IMG/VR virus record: IMGVR_UViG_3300045988_115844
Reading direction: 5' to 3' (one strand)
Origin: a virus
Length of the DNA: 37,931 nt
A program made the position numbers and the translations under genes. Shown piece by piece: positions 8,246 to 18,040 of this stretch (positions within the stretch are counted from its first letter, which is position 1; every line of letters begins with the position of its first letter). Under the pieces are notes generated by a model. The model had not been told where the DNA came from. It searched no databases and saw nothing but the letters and a program-made list of their open reading frames with translations.

Positions 8246-9795
8246 TACTTTTCTGCATACAATCTTTTTATTATAGTCCCAACCGCAACCGCAATAGGTC
8301 GCGGTTTTTCGTTATTGAGGTATTCAGACCAAGCCTCTGCAATAAATTCAGCCGCATTTTTATAGCCGTATGAGGAAAGGTTATCCATAATATGCTCCTT
8401 GCCTTTTAATCTTTCTTCATTGTACAATTTCAAAAAATCAGAATTATTGCGCAGCCCGATAAGTCGGTCTATTTCGTGGCCGAGTTCATGGTCGAAAACA
8501 GCCTTTAATGTATCTGTTCCGACAGGGTGCCATTTACTCTTTACATCGTTTGCGAGTGATGTGTCTATTTTATCACCTTTCCACATGGTATTAAAAGCAA
8601 TGCCAGCCAGTCCCCATTCGCTGAAAGCCCCATGAGAATAAGCATACGTATTTTTAGAGGGACCGACTTTATAACTTTTAATGAATTTTTTCGCATACTC
8701 CATAAGATAGTCATCCCCGAGGCTTTCGTATCTGGAGTCCTTTTTTAGTTCCTGAAATTTCTTTTGCACAAGCAAATCCACACGTCCCTGAATTGTGCCG
8801 ACATACTGCGTTTTCTTTTTTAGTTCCGGGTAACATTCAAAATGACGTTCAACACTTCGGAAAATAGCCTTAATTTGCTCCATTTGCTTTGACGTAAAGC
8901 CTTTCAGTGAACAGTTTACGCCTAATTTGTCATGGTAGAACTGTTCTGCTTCTGCTATTGTTTTGGGCGTCCATTCAGCAGGAGTGTAGCCGTCAATTGA
9001 TTGTTTTAACTGTTCTGTTTTCGGACCTTTGAAATATGGGTGCTTGGGAGGGAACAGTTGCAGTTCCTTGCCAGGATTGAAGCGGAAAATCTGCTGCTTT
9101 GCGGCTTCGGTGCAGTTGTCGCCCTTCTGCATGGACAATGTAGGGTCAGAAAGCGGATATTTGCCCTTTCTGACCTGTACGGCGGTACAACGGCAATTCC
9201 ACCCATTCGGTGGCATATACTTGCCCCAGAACGGGTCAGACGGCGGCAGCGTCGTGCCGTGCAGAATGGCGTGATCCTCACGCACACGGTCGTCCTGAGC
9301 GGTGCGATATTGCAGGTCGTATTTGTCCCCATCGGCTTCAATTTGCTGCCAGCGTGAAGCCATTAGTGAAGCTCCGACGGCGTGGTTATATTCTGCATAC
9401 AGGTAGTTGTGATTATACCGCTTGTTCACATTCTCAACATCGTGCCGGAATGTCTCAAAAGGCTTTATTTCGCCCTTGTCGGTAAGCAGGGACAAACCAA
9501 CTTCGCGGAGTGTGTGAAACGCCTTGAAGCCGGAGAAAATGAAAGCATTGTTTTCGAGCGCATAGCGCAGGACTTCCGGCACTTCAACCGGCAGCCCTGC
9601 ATCAATTCCTGTTTTGAGGACGCGGAGCGTTTCGGCAATCATTTTGCGTGCTTCGGGAGTGTTCAGCATAGAGGCATCAAACTGCCCCGCCTTATAGACC
9701 ATGCTGGCAGCGTCAAAGAATGCCGTGTCGTCAAAATCGGGGCGTGTGTCGCCTTCTGCGAGGCGCAGGAGGTCATCGCTATACAAGTCGCCCAA
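8212..9795 (-). CDS. MuF/SPP1 gp7-like head morphogenesis protein fused to a C-terminal HExxH domain
   Basis: The MuF core is DDRVREDHAILHG...PPNGWNCRC. HELGH lies at 8476-8490, with a downstream AEFIAEAW. Confidence 0.75.
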   Translation of the reverse strand: MGDLYSDDLLRLAEGDTRPDFDDTAFFDAASMVYKAGQFDASMLNTPEARKMIAETLRVLKTGIDAGLPVEVPEVLRYALENNAFIFSGFKAFHTLREVGLSLLTDKGEIKPFETFRHDVENVNKRYNHNYLYAEYNHAVGASLMASRWQQIEADGDKYDLQYRTAQDDRVREDHAILHGTTLPPSDPFWGKYMPPNGWNCRCTAVQVRKGKYPLSDPTLSMQKGDNCTEAAKQQIFRFNPGKELQLFPPKHPYFKGPKTEQLKQSIDGYTPAEWTPKTIAEAEQFYHDKLGVNCSLKGFTSKQMEQIKAIFRSVERHFECYPELKKKTQYVGTIQGRVDLLVQKKFQELKKDSRYESLGDDYLMEYAKKFIKSYKVGPSKNTYAYSHGAFSEWGLAGIAFNTMWKGDKIDTSLANDVKSKWHPVGTDTLKAVFDHELGHEIDRLIGLRNNSDFLKLYNEERLKGKEHIMDNLSSYGYKNAAEFIAEAWSEYLNNEKPRPIAVAVGTIIKRLYAEKYQDSGSTSAAT

Positions 9796-9848
9796 AGCGC
9801 GGTTAAACGCACGATATGAGCCCCGCAGCCCTGCATCAGGTGCGGGGC

Positions 9849-11096
9849 TTAGTCGAAAAAACGGTCCGGCTGTGTCTTTGCTTCACGGGCACCGGTGATC
9901 TGCACCCCGTATTTGTCCGTGAAGTATTCAGGTGGAATCTCGTAATACTCCAACAGCAGACGTTCAATTTCTCGCTGTTCAGCCGGTGTGTATGAGGCAG
10001 CGTTGTTCCATTGGAAGCGCAAGCCCTGCACAGGGAAGCCGTGGCGCACCATGAGCGGCAACAGACGCCCATTAACGACATTCGCCACCATTGCGGCATC
10101 GCTTTCCGTTACGCGCTCAAAAATTTCAAGGTGCACCTCTGACTGTGAGAGCGAGGAACCCGAATCAATGGTCATTGTCTGCATCAGCACTGCTTTGGAA
10201 AGTTCCGAGTTGCAACGGTCCACACGCTTGTCATAGACATTGTAGGCATCGCCCCTGCTGCTTTCCTTGATTTCTATGTCCGTGCCTTCAGGGAACAGCG
10301 ACCAGAACGCTGCGCCCATATTCTGGAGCGCTTCCTCAATCCGTCTGCGCTCGCTTTCGTCCGGGCTTGAAGTGTGTGCAATACGCATAGGCTGCCCGAA
10401 AATTTCACCGAACATATCCCAGAAAGCCAGCATGTTCTTTTTGGATATGCAGGAGGGGCAGCACTTCAACAGCAGACCAAGATCCCGTCCCTTGCCGACC
10501 GGCACAACCCAGTTGGCGAAGTCTCCGTCAGTGTAAGATATGCCGCTGTGCCAGTCGTCGCCGGGCGACCTTACCACGACCCCATATTCAGGCACAACGT
10601 GCTTGCGCGGTACAAGGTCCACGCCGTCAAAACGCATAATGCCGTCCTCGTCGTGTACAATGTCCCCCAGCTGTATGAGGGTCGGACCCCAAAAGCGGCT
10701 ATCGAGGCAAAGGTCTATGAAGTCCGTGAACCATTCCTGTTGCAACAGAGTGGTGGCTTCGGTATTTTCTTTGCCGTCCTTTCCCACAAGACGGAAGTCC
10801 TTTTGAAGAGTCTTGCCTTTGCGCTGACCGATACAGCCGGACAGGTGGGCGTCCAGAACCGCATCGGCATAAATGTCATAGAGCCGGCAGCGGTTCGGAT
10901 TCTCGTAATCAATAGCCATCTGGTGGGCACTGCGCCAGTCCGCAATGTCCTTTTTGGTAAGGGTGTCGGTCTGCTGGAGCAACTGAGCCGTAACCTTGAG
11001 CCCCTGCTTGCTTGACGCCTTGCGCGCCAATGTCATTATTTCAGAACGTGTAGGGCGGTCGAACCATTCCCGTATGTTTGTAATGAGGTTTGCCAT
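9849..11096 (-). CDS. Portal protein (Mu gp29 / DUF935-like)
   Basis: 415 aa. A FWDMFGEIFGQPMR motif, and a position next to the MuF-like gene. Confidence 0.65.
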   Translation of the reverse strand: MANLITNIREWFDRPTRSEIMTLARKASSKQGLKVTAQLLQQTDTLTKKDIADWRSAHQMAIDYENPNRCRLYDIYADAVLDAHLSGCIGQRKGKTLQKDFRLVGKDGKENTEATTLLQQEWFTDFIDLCLDSRFWGPTLIQLGDIVHDEDGIMRFDGVDLVPRKHVVPEYGVVVRSPGDDWHSGISYTDGDFANWVVPVGKGRDLGLLLKCCPSCISKKNMLAFWDMFGEIFGQPMRIAHTSSPDESERRRIEEALQNMGAAFWSLFPEGTDIEIKESSRGDAYNVYDKRVDRCNSELSKAVLMQTMTIDSGSSLSQSEVHLEIFERVTESDAAMVANVVNGRLLPLMVRHGFPVQGLRFQWNNAASYTPAEQREIERLLLEYYEIPPEYFTDKYGVQITGAREAKTQPDRFFD

Positions 11097-11107
11097 TATT
11101 CAAAATG

Positions 11108-12223
11108 TTAAGTTAAACGTATGTTCCCGGAAGCGTCCAGACGCAGTGCATCGGTTGCGGACAATCGTAGTGCCGGAGCTACAACGGTAAGGGCAACGGT
11201 CTTGTAGTATCGTGTGCCGCCAGTTGGAATGACATGTACCCTTTGCGTTCCCGGTTCTTTGGGCACAATGCGCCCGTCCGGCTCAATCCCGGCAGCCGCC
11301 CCGTCAGTCTGATAAATTATGTTTTGTAGCGCAGAGAGCGGCAGCACCTTTGCCGCAATATATCGTGGCACAGGGTTTCCGATTGTTACATACGCAGGCG
11401 TTTCCACACGCAGACCGGAGGGAATGGGCAACGCCACTTGTTCCGCACGGTCCGCCACACTTTCAATACGCTGGCGTGTCTGTTCAGTCAGCACCCTTTC
11501 CGCCTGTGTCTCAACGGCGGCTGCCTGTGCGTTTCTGGTGGCTGTTTTCGCCTGTTCTGTGACTGTCTTTGCCTTTTGCGTTTCGGCATTGCAGTCCTTG
11601 ACAGCCTTGTCTGAAATGTCGGCAAGTTCCTGCCCTTGTTTCAATAATCTTGTGGTTGCTTCGGTCGCTTTCCGTGCCGCATTGTTGGCTTGCGTCGCTG
11701 CGTCCGTTGCCGGCTTCTGGAGTAACTCTATTTGTGCAGGGGTGAAATCATCATAAATGAATGCGTCCCCCTTGTCGCCTTTGAGCTTCGCCAGCTGTTC
11801 AGGCGTGAAGTCCTCATAAGTGAACGGAAGCCCGCGGGTATAGGCGGCCAATGCGTCGCACTCTATGACCCCCTCCGTGTCGGTGGCGAGGTGCCACAGC
11901 TGCACGTTGATTTTTTCGGGGTAATAGACATTTTGGAGACCGTCCGGCATAAGGTCGTTAATCAGGCACAAATGCAGTTCCCTGTACAGTTCGCCCTCAC
12001 AAAGTCCGTGGTCCTTGAAAATGACGAGCAGGGCATCACCGTCGGGCGTGCAATTCTCATATTTTCCGCCTGTGCGTGATGCGGTGAACTTGCGCCCGTG
12101 CTTGGTCTGATATTCAAGCGTGAAATCAACATCGGGCAATGCTACAATATCCCCGGAAGCATTACGGAAACGCTCACGGAGGACAAAGTCGCTTTTGTAG
12201 TTTATATGTCTTGCCTGTGCCAT
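11108..12223 (-). CDS. Fibre-like protein (coiled-coil plus Ig-like C-terminal module)
   Basis: Ala/Gln/Thr-rich coiled coil. Its C-terminal ~100 aa are paralogous to those of 12223-12876, ending DALRLDASGNIRLT. Confidence 0.5.
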   Translation of the reverse strand: MAQARHINYKSDFVLRERFRNASGDIVALPDVDFTLEYQTKHGRKFTASRTGGKYENCTPDGDALLVIFKDHGLCEGELYRELHLCLINDLMPDGLQNVYYPEKINVQLWHLATDTEGVIECDALAAYTRGLPFTYEDFTPEQLAKLKGDKGDAFIYDDFTPAQIELLQKPATDAATQANNAARKATEATTRLLKQGQELADISDKAVKDCNAETQKAKTVTEQAKTATRNAQAAAVETQAERVLTEQTRQRIESVADRAEQVALPIPSGLRVETPAYVTIGNPVPRYIAAKVLPLSALQNIIYQTDGAAAGIEPDGRIVPKEPGTQRVHVIPTGGTRYYKTVALTVVAPALRLSATDALRLDASGNIRLT

Positions 12224-12876
12224 TATGTGAGTCTTAGATTGCCTTCCGCATCGAGGCGCAGCGCATCACCTGCAATGCGCAGGCGTGGCGGCACTACCTC
12301 AATGCTGATGGATTTATAAACGGAAGTGTTTCCGGTTGCCACCGCATATATGTGGGCGGTTCCCTGTTCCAGAGGGATAATTTCTCCGTCAGGTGTTATT
12401 CTTGCGGCCGAGTTTTCGGCATAAAAGAAAATGGAGCCAAGCCCGAAACGTGGGAACAGGGCGGCATCAATGCGCGGGCGCATCGTGTTGGTCAGTGTAA
12501 CCGAGCCCGGGTATCGCTTTATGTCAATACGGAGCGGTGCGGCAAGGTTCTGGGACGATAGCGAAGCCACCAGCGACTCCACCAAAGCGCGTGAGGCTTC
12601 GGACTTCTGCAACTCCGCTGCGGCTTTCTCCACGGCAGAGTCCACCCCGGCAAGCCTTTGGTCAATGTCCTGCTGAATTTCCGGCAGGTTGGTGTTTATG
12701 AAAAGTTCGAGAGCGTCACGGACATTTCCGCAGCACTGCACCAGGTCGTAAAAGAGAGAGCCTACCTGCGCGGCTGATACCGTCTTGGCCTGTACCGCGT
12801 CACGAATGGCGGCGGCACGTTCTGCCAGGGCTTCGGTGTCAAGCGGCTGCAAGGGTATGGGTGTAAGATTTTCCAT
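12223..12876 (-). CDS. Fibre-like protein, paralogous C-terminus
   Basis: Ends DALRLDAEGNLRLT. TAATG overlap with the next gene. Confidence 0.5.
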   Translation of the reverse strand: MENLTPIPLQPLDTEALAERAAAIRDAVQAKTVSAAQVGSLFYDLVQCCGNVRDALELFINTNLPEIQQDIDQRLAGVDSAVEKAAAELQKSEASRALVESLVASLSSQNLAAPLRIDIKRYPGSVTLTNTMRPRIDAALFPRFGLGSIFFYAENSAARITPDGEIIPLEQGTAHIYAVATGNTSVYKSISIEVVPPRLRIAGDALRLDAEGNLRLT

Positions 12877-12893
12877 TATAATGAGTATTAAAA

Positions 12894-13337
12894 TTATGCG
12901 AATATGTCGTCGAACGGATTTTGAAATATACGTGTGAGGTGTATTTCCGTGTTCTTTTTCGGTGGTCGTCCGGCAATGGCATCGGCAATGGCTTCCTCCA
13001 ACGGGTTCACTTGCAGCGTACCGCCGGGCTGTTCCGTTACTGTGTCCGCCATAGTGTCGTTGTACCGTTTAGCGGATGATCCTGTTGCAATCAGCAGGCT
13101 TTTGTATTCTGTATTGTCAATGTCGGTAGCCGGGGACAAACCGCGCACATCGTATGTGTCGCGTATTGCCGGGGCTATAATGTCGGCGGCATCATAAGCC
13201 AGAACCTGCCCGTCCGTAAGCCTGGCAGTAAGGGATATGCCGTTGCGCCGTACAAACGCGAACACCCCGGCAACAGAGCCGAGGGCTATGATTGCAAGGT
13301 CAAGAAGTGTTTGTCTGTCCTTTACTGTTATTTCCAT
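12894..13337 (-). CDS. Hypothetical tail/baseplate-associated protein
   Basis: 147-aa ORF in the baseplate cluster. Confidence 0.4.
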   Translation of the reverse strand: MEITVKDRQTLLDLAIIALGSVAGVFAFVRRNGISLTARLTDGQVLAYDAADIIAPAIRDTYDVRGLSPATDIDNTEYKSLLIATGSSAKRYNDTMADTVTEQPGGTLQVNPLEEAIADAIAGRPPKKNTEIHLTRIFQNPFDDIFA

Positions 13338-13339
13338 AG

Positions 13340-13624
13340 CTATGAAATTGTAATTACGCCGGTGTCAGCAATGGTTATAGCCGAGACATCAAGCCCAATG
13401 TTACGCAGCATCTTTTTAGTGTTTCCCGGCCAGAACGGGTCGCGGTTGGCGGCCAGCATGGCGGGCGCATCTGCACCGAGCAGGGGCATTTCCTTGAAGT
13501 CCCCCGGCGCAGAAAGGAGGACAATTTCGGCAATGAAGCCGGAAGCCTCTGCAACGACGGCAGCGTGTTGATGAACGAGCAGGTCCGCCGTTTCCGTATC
13601 TGTTTGAAGTCCTAAAATTTTCAT
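13340..13624 (-). CDS. Hypothetical baseplate-associated protein
   Basis: 94 aa with an ATGA overlap with the spike gene. Confidence 0.4.
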   Translation of the reverse strand: MKILGLQTDTETADLLVHQHAAVVAEASGFIAEIVLLSAPGDFKEMPLLGADAPAMLAANRDPFWPGNTKKMLRNIGLDVSAITIADTGVITIS

Positions 13625-14199
13625 TGCTTTATTTTCGTGTTCTCGTAATCGGATTTGTTAAATGGCTTTGCGGAACTGCCTGGGACAATGGTCGTAAACA
13701 GCCCGCCTGGGTGGGAGACAGTAACATTGTGCGTGTGACTGTTAAACGTGTTCACAAGTTCATTGAGCTTGTCAGTGAGTTTCTGGATAACGACCATGCC
13801 GTCAAGTTTGCCGCCGTTGAAAACAATGTCTTCCTTGTTGATGTTTGCCGACATCTTGGACGTGTTCACACGCAAGCCGTCCGCATCAATCACGGCGGAA
13901 GTTTCCCCGATAACCAGTTCCGCGGACTCTATCCTGTCCGTTGCAAGCATGACCCCTGCGGCACCGTCAGCCACGAAGCCCACAACCACATAAGCCCCTT
14001 TTTCAGGGTAAATGACCAGACCGAAGTCCGACCCCTGATTTGCTTGCAGATTGACGCCAAGGAGCGGCGCACCTTCATTTATCGGTGTGCAGTCTATGGT
14101 ACGGGCTTCCTTGTCTATTTCGTCCACGGTACACACAAGGGCGATAGTTTCACCGTCCTGTTGTGCAAGTTGTCTTATAGCGTCTCTTATACTTCCCAT
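13621..14199 (-). CDS. Baseplate central spike (gpV / Mu gp45-like)
   Basis: 192 aa with an OB-like N-terminal pattern and a C-terminal NSHTHNV motif. Confidence 0.5.
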   Translation of the reverse strand: MGSIRDAIRQLAQQDGETIALVCTVDEIDKEARTIDCTPINEGAPLLGVNLQANQGSDFGLVIYPEKGAYVVVGFVADGAAGVMLATDRIESAELVIGETSAVIDADGLRVNTSKMSANINKEDIVFNGGKLDGMVVIQKLTDKLNELVNTFNSHTHNVTVSHPGGLFTTIVPGSSAKPFNKSDYENTKIKQ

Positions 14200-14211
14200 A
14201 ATCCTGATATT

Positions 14212-15165
14212 TTAGCCGGCACGCAGTCCGAGGGTTATTTCCTGACGGAAGCCGCCATCGCCGTATTTAATCACATTTTTTTTGACCTGATACACGCCCA
14301 TTTTCACGCCGTCTATGACAATGCCGACGGCATCGAGACAATCAACGAGAGTATGCCCGAAAGTGGTGAACGAGCCGGTCAGTCCGTCGCGTTTAAGGCG
14401 TTTGATTTCCTGCTGCGCCCATGCTTTAAGTTCGCTTTCCGTCTTATTGTATGTGTGCAGAGTCCTGCGTTCACCGTCCGCGTCGCCCACTTCCACCTTA
14501 ATTTTTTTGTTGTCCGGCATAAGGCTGACCGCCTTAACGTGCAGGCGCATGTTTTCAGCCTTCTGCTGTTGCAGGCTTTGGTCAGAAATGATGTTAAGCC
14601 CGGTTTTGAACACCTGCGAGGGTTTTGTGTCCCTTTCAAAGAGAACACCGCAGTACAGCACCGGCTCGCCGTCCTCATAGCGGAAAAAGGAGCGGACGCC
14701 CTGTTCCGACAACTTGCCGAGCAAGGCGGCCACGGTGTTGGCCGTTACCCTGTAAGCCCCAAGCGCCTGCTCTCCCATGATGTTAAGGCGGTAGTTTATT
14801 CCCTGGTCTTTCAGAAGTGTTTCAAGCGTAACGGAGCGGTACGCCTTTTTCTGTGCCGGCATCTGTTTCAGTTTGAACATATCATCCTCGCAGGTTATCA
14901 CTATGGGCGTTTTGAAGCCCACATCCCTGACATAGCCGGCAAACGCCGTTTGCAGGTTGCCGTCATATCCCAATGAAACAGTAACCGTGTCGCCACGCTT
15001 GACAGGTATTTCGTCCGCGCCGTCCCATTTGACTTTTTTAGGCATGGTGATTTTGGCTTCCGTGGTCAGCTTCTCCATGTCGCGGGTTATCTCCACGGCA
15101 TTGGCGAAGTCAAACGACCATGAGCGGTCGCCCTTAATCTCTATTTTTGCGCATAGTCGAAACAT
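14212..15165 (-). CDS. Baseplate hub (gpD / Mu gp44 / XkdQ-like)
   Basis: 317 aa. The pattern GDTVTVSLGYDGNLQTAFAGYV is typical of late-control-D-type hub proteins. Confidence 0.5.
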   Translation of the reverse strand: MFRLCAKIEIKGDRSWSFDFANAVEITRDMEKLTTEAKITMPKKVKWDGADEIPVKRGDTVTVSLGYDGNLQTAFAGYVRDVGFKTPIVITCEDDMFKLKQMPAQKKAYRSVTLETLLKDQGINYRLNIMGEQALGAYRVTANTVAALLGKLSEQGVRSFFRYEDGEPVLYCGVLFERDTKPSQVFKTGLNIISDQSLQQQKAENMRLHVKAVSLMPDNKKIKVEVGDADGERRTLHTYNKTESELKAWAQQEIKRLKRDGLTGSFTTFGHTLVDCLDAVGIVIDGVKMGVYQVKKNVIKYGDGGFRQEITLGLRAG

Positions 15166-15190
15166 CGGTTAAACAGCGTTTAATTGGTCT

Positions 15191-15610
15191 TTAATAGTCG
15201 TAACGGTTAGGCTTCATGCACCCGGTGCGTATGGGGTTATGTGTGTCGGTGGAGCCGTCCTCCGACACATATACAGGCAGATCCGGGGACGCTTTGGAAG
15301 CCTGGACATCACGCAGCCACTTAATGGCATCGTTGTAGAGGCATTCGCGGCGCTCGTGTCCCATGTTCTGGGGCAGGCGGTGAACCATGAGCCACAGGGA
15401 TATATTAACGGCGCACTGCACGACCATTGGGTTGCGGCATTCCCCGATTGCGGAGAAAATGCGGTCAGTGTCATAGCGGTGGCGCAGGTATGAGGATATC
15501 TGTTCCACCGCGGCGGCTTCCGCGGAAAGCCGTATGTCCTCATTCTGGGTTATCTGCTCAAACTCGTACTGGTCGCAGACAGGGCGGTAATCGTCAACGG
15601 TCAGAAACAT
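15191..15610 (-). CDS. Mu gp36-like (DUF1320-like) connector protein; start uncertain
   Basis: Starts MFLTVDDY..., with ISSYLRHRYD. The ORF is open back to 15685, and alternative ATGs lie at 15640 and 15610. Confidence 0.45.
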   Translation of the reverse strand: MFLTVDDYRPVCDQYEFEQITQNEDIRLSAEAAAVEQISSYLRHRYDTDRIFSAIGECRNPMVVQCAVNISLWLMVHRLPQNMGHERRECLYNDAIKWLRDVQASKASPDLPVYVSEDGSTDTHNPIRTGCMKPNRYDY

Positions 15611-15863
15611 GGGCGGAGGAATTAGAGGGGTTGGCTTCATAAATGGCGATTTGGCGTGCCTTCTCCGCTGTGAAGCCAGGGGCAAACCTATGCTGTTTTA
15701 TCAGTTGCTTAATGCCCTGCATGGAAACGCAGACGGGGCGTCCGTTATGTACGAGCACCAGGAATTTTTTGCGGTAAAGCTCCGCTGATTTTTTGGCTTG
15801 CTTGATAGCCTTTTTCTTGCGCCAGTCAAACAGGCAGGCGCGTAAGTAGTCAATGATTACCAT
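15594..15863 (-). CDS. Small basic hypothetical protein
   Basis: 89 aa. Overlaps the terminase stop by 7 nt. Confidence 0.45.
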   Translation of the reverse strand: MVIIDYLRACLFDWRKKKAIKQAKKSAELYRKKFLVLVHNGRPVCVSMQGIKQLIKQHRFAPGFTAEKARQIAIYEANPSNSSAHVSDR

Positions 15864-17401
15864 GATACATTTTTTGCATTAGTCCTCCTGCCGAAAGAGG
15901 GGTTAAATGATTTTGCGCGGGTGTCCCTCTGTAATAACCAGATTGCGCCCTCGTCGGCATCGGGGGCGTCATCGTGTCCGCGCATTCCTTTTTCAAAAGC
16001 CAGAGTCTGGTCAATGCCGGCAAGCATGTCCGGGTCGTCCTTTTGTGCCTCGTCGTACACTACAAAGCCACGTTCCCACAGCGGGCTTATGGCTTCCACA
16101 CGCTGGAACTTGTCGGGCTTCTTGCGCTTGTCGCCTGTAATTGGCAGCTGGTAGCCACGCAGTTCACCTTCACGGCGGAACTCGTCAAGTATGGTATCCT
16201 GCATGAAATTGGCTTCCATATACCAGCGGACGGAAATGCCCTGCCCCCTGGTCCATTCGTACAGGTCATAACACCACCGCACCATTTCGGCAACGGAGGA
16301 CTGGCGTACAAAGGCGCGGAGGTGGTAAAGTGTTGTGCCAGCTTTCCCCCATAGTTTCGCAGCCTTGTAGTCGTTCTTGATAGAGCCTTTGAAAGAGGGG
16401 TCAATGTACAGGACAATTTCCGAGAACTTGGACCATGCAGGGCGCTTTCCCCAGCGGATCCATTCGTTGCGGAAAATCGCGCCTTCAATTATCGGATTGT
16501 TCATGTATTCCTTTTGAAAGGCACGATAACCCACCACGTTCTCAATGTCCTTGACTTCCTGCGGCATCCATTTGGAAGCCCACGAAATGCCACCCTTGTT
16601 GTCGTATATGTTTACCTTGGTGACATGTACAGACTTGATGTCGCACCACTTTGCCAGCACTGAATTTTTGGCAATGAGGTTGCCTACCATGATGAAGCGT
16701 CCGCGTCCGCCGTCAAGAGTTCCGAACAATGCGGAACGCACCCAGTCAAACAGTTTGGTGACACGTGCCGGGCTTTCTACCAACTCGTCATCGTCGAGGT
16801 CGTCAATGATTACATAATCCGGGCGGTGTGAGCGGTAGCGCAGACCACGGGGCGACTGCCCACGGCCACGGGCGAAAAAGGCTACTTCCGAGCGTGTGAC
16901 AAATTCGCCCTCTTCCCAAGTGCCGACGTTATACTGTTCCCCGAAATCGTGGATATAACGCTGGTTATACTGCAATTCAGCCTGAATGTCGCCCAACAGC
17001 GTCTTTGCGTTGTCCTCACTCTTGCCGACCAGCACCATTACATTTATTTCGCGGTGTTCCTGAGCCATTAGCCACATGGGGACAAATACGTCCATATTGG
17101 TAGATTTGGCAGCGCCACGGTGCCACTGGAAAGCAGCTTTAAGGTTCCGGTCTTTCAAAATTTTGTTGGCTGCTGACACGTGGAACGGTGCGCATGGTGT
17201 TGCTTTCCCTGTTTCCGGGTTTACGGTCCAGTGTGGGAAGTAGTAATCGACAAAAGCGGCATAATCCGTGCGCAGGTGTCTGATACGTGCAAGGCGTTGC
17301 GCCTGTGTCTCGTTTATGTTTACGGCAGTCGCTGCCTGCACGGTCTCACAGTGCTGCTTCCACCGTTCCTGTGCCTTTATTATTTCCGCTTTCGTTGCCA
17401 T
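15857..17401 (-). CDS. Terminase large subunit (Mu gp28-like)
   Basis: Walker A-like HRGAAKST and Walker B VIIDDLDDDE. 514 aa. Confidence 0.85.
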   Translation of the reverse strand: MATKAEIIKAQERWKQHCETVQAATAVNINETQAQRLARIRHLRTDYAAFVDYYFPHWTVNPETGKATPCAPFHVSAANKILKDRNLKAAFQWHRGAAKSTNMDVFVPMWLMAQEHREINVMVLVGKSEDNAKTLLGDIQAELQYNQRYIHDFGEQYNVGTWEEGEFVTRSEVAFFARGRGQSPRGLRYRSHRPDYVIIDDLDDDELVESPARVTKLFDWVRSALFGTLDGGRGRFIMVGNLIAKNSVLAKWCDIKSVHVTKVNIYDNKGGISWASKWMPQEVKDIENVVGYRAFQKEYMNNPIIEGAIFRNEWIRWGKRPAWSKFSEIVLYIDPSFKGSIKNDYKAAKLWGKAGTTLYHLRAFVRQSSVAEMVRWCYDLYEWTRGQGISVRWYMEANFMQDTILDEFRREGELRGYQLPITGDKRKKPDKFQRVEAISPLWERGFVVYDEAQKDDPDMLAGIDQTLAFEKGMRGHDDAPDADEGAIWLLQRDTRAKSFNPSFGRRTNAKNVSW

Positions 17402-17404
17402 GTG

Positions 17405-17875
17405 CTAAAAAGTTTTTTGCAGCTGTTCACTGATGAACAGGTCGTGATATTTGTTAATTGTCTGTATCAGTTCGGGCGTAACATTCGGGTCGAAGCTCAT
17501 GCGGTATTGCAGCCATTCGCTGAAAGCCATGAACACCTCTATAACGTCCACTACGGAAGTCTTTTTGTCAAGCCTTTCAATGGTTGCGGAAAACTTTACA
17601 AGTTTGTCCGCGGCTGCGGCCGTCTTTTCCGGGCTTGGTTCGTTCACGAGGTCCTCTACAAGTACGTCGATACTTTTCAAAATCTTGTTTACGAGCTCTG
17701 GGCGCGTGATATTCGCTGCGGAACGCGCAGCCTGCCAGCCTCCGTCGTTTACCCACTTTGTAATTGTCTGTGCGGACACTCCGACCTTTTCGGCAATGAC
17801 CTTTTGGGGCTCGCCCTGCATAAAGAGCAGACGCGCGTGTTCTCGCATCTTTTCAAGTTCTTTTTTAGTAGCCAT
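17405..17875 (-). CDS. Terminase small subunit / Mu gp27-like HTH protein
   Basis: N-terminal HTH KVIAEKVGVSAQTITKW. Lies directly upstream of the large subunit. Confidence 0.6.
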   Translation of the reverse strand: MATKKELEKMREHARLLFMQGEPQKVIAEKVGVSAQTITKWVNDGGWQAARSAANITRPELVNKILKSIDVLVEDLVNEPSPEKTAAAADKLVKFSATIERLDKKTSVVDVIEVFMAFSEWLQYRMSFDPNVTPELIQTINKYHDLFISEQLQKTF

Positions 17876-17964
17876 TCATATCAAAAACAGTTTTTTAGAT
17901 GTATAGCGCACCCTTTGTGGCGCGCTTTTCAGGTGCAAAATTGGCTCAAAAAAGAGCCGCAGTA

Positions 17965-17995
17965 AAAAAGAGTGTAAAACTTTTACACTCTTTTT
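17965..17995. terminator. Perfect AT-flanked hairpin between the divergent late operons
   Basis: AAAAAGAGTGTAAAA c TTTTACACTCTTTTT. Confidence 0.5.
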
Positions 17996-18040
17996 GTTAG
18001 CGTTGCAGAATGTCCGCAATTTTGCGCTGCTTAAGCACAT

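Noticed and set aside
13624-14976. A 450-aa + strand ORF.
   Set aside because: It is antisense to four well-supported, translationally coupled - strand genes and has odd composition, so it is a shadow ORF. The same applies to 19227-20003(-), 22378-23124(-), 27650-28291(-), 25452-25988(-), 17180-17965(+), 1533-2108(-) and 420-929(-).
15969-15982. A 12-mer tcgtgtccgcgc shared with the VR-proximal region (28555-28566).
   Set aside because: The flanks diverge at once in ways not allowed by adenine mutagenesis, and it lies inside the terminase gene. A single 12-mer hit is plausible by chance.
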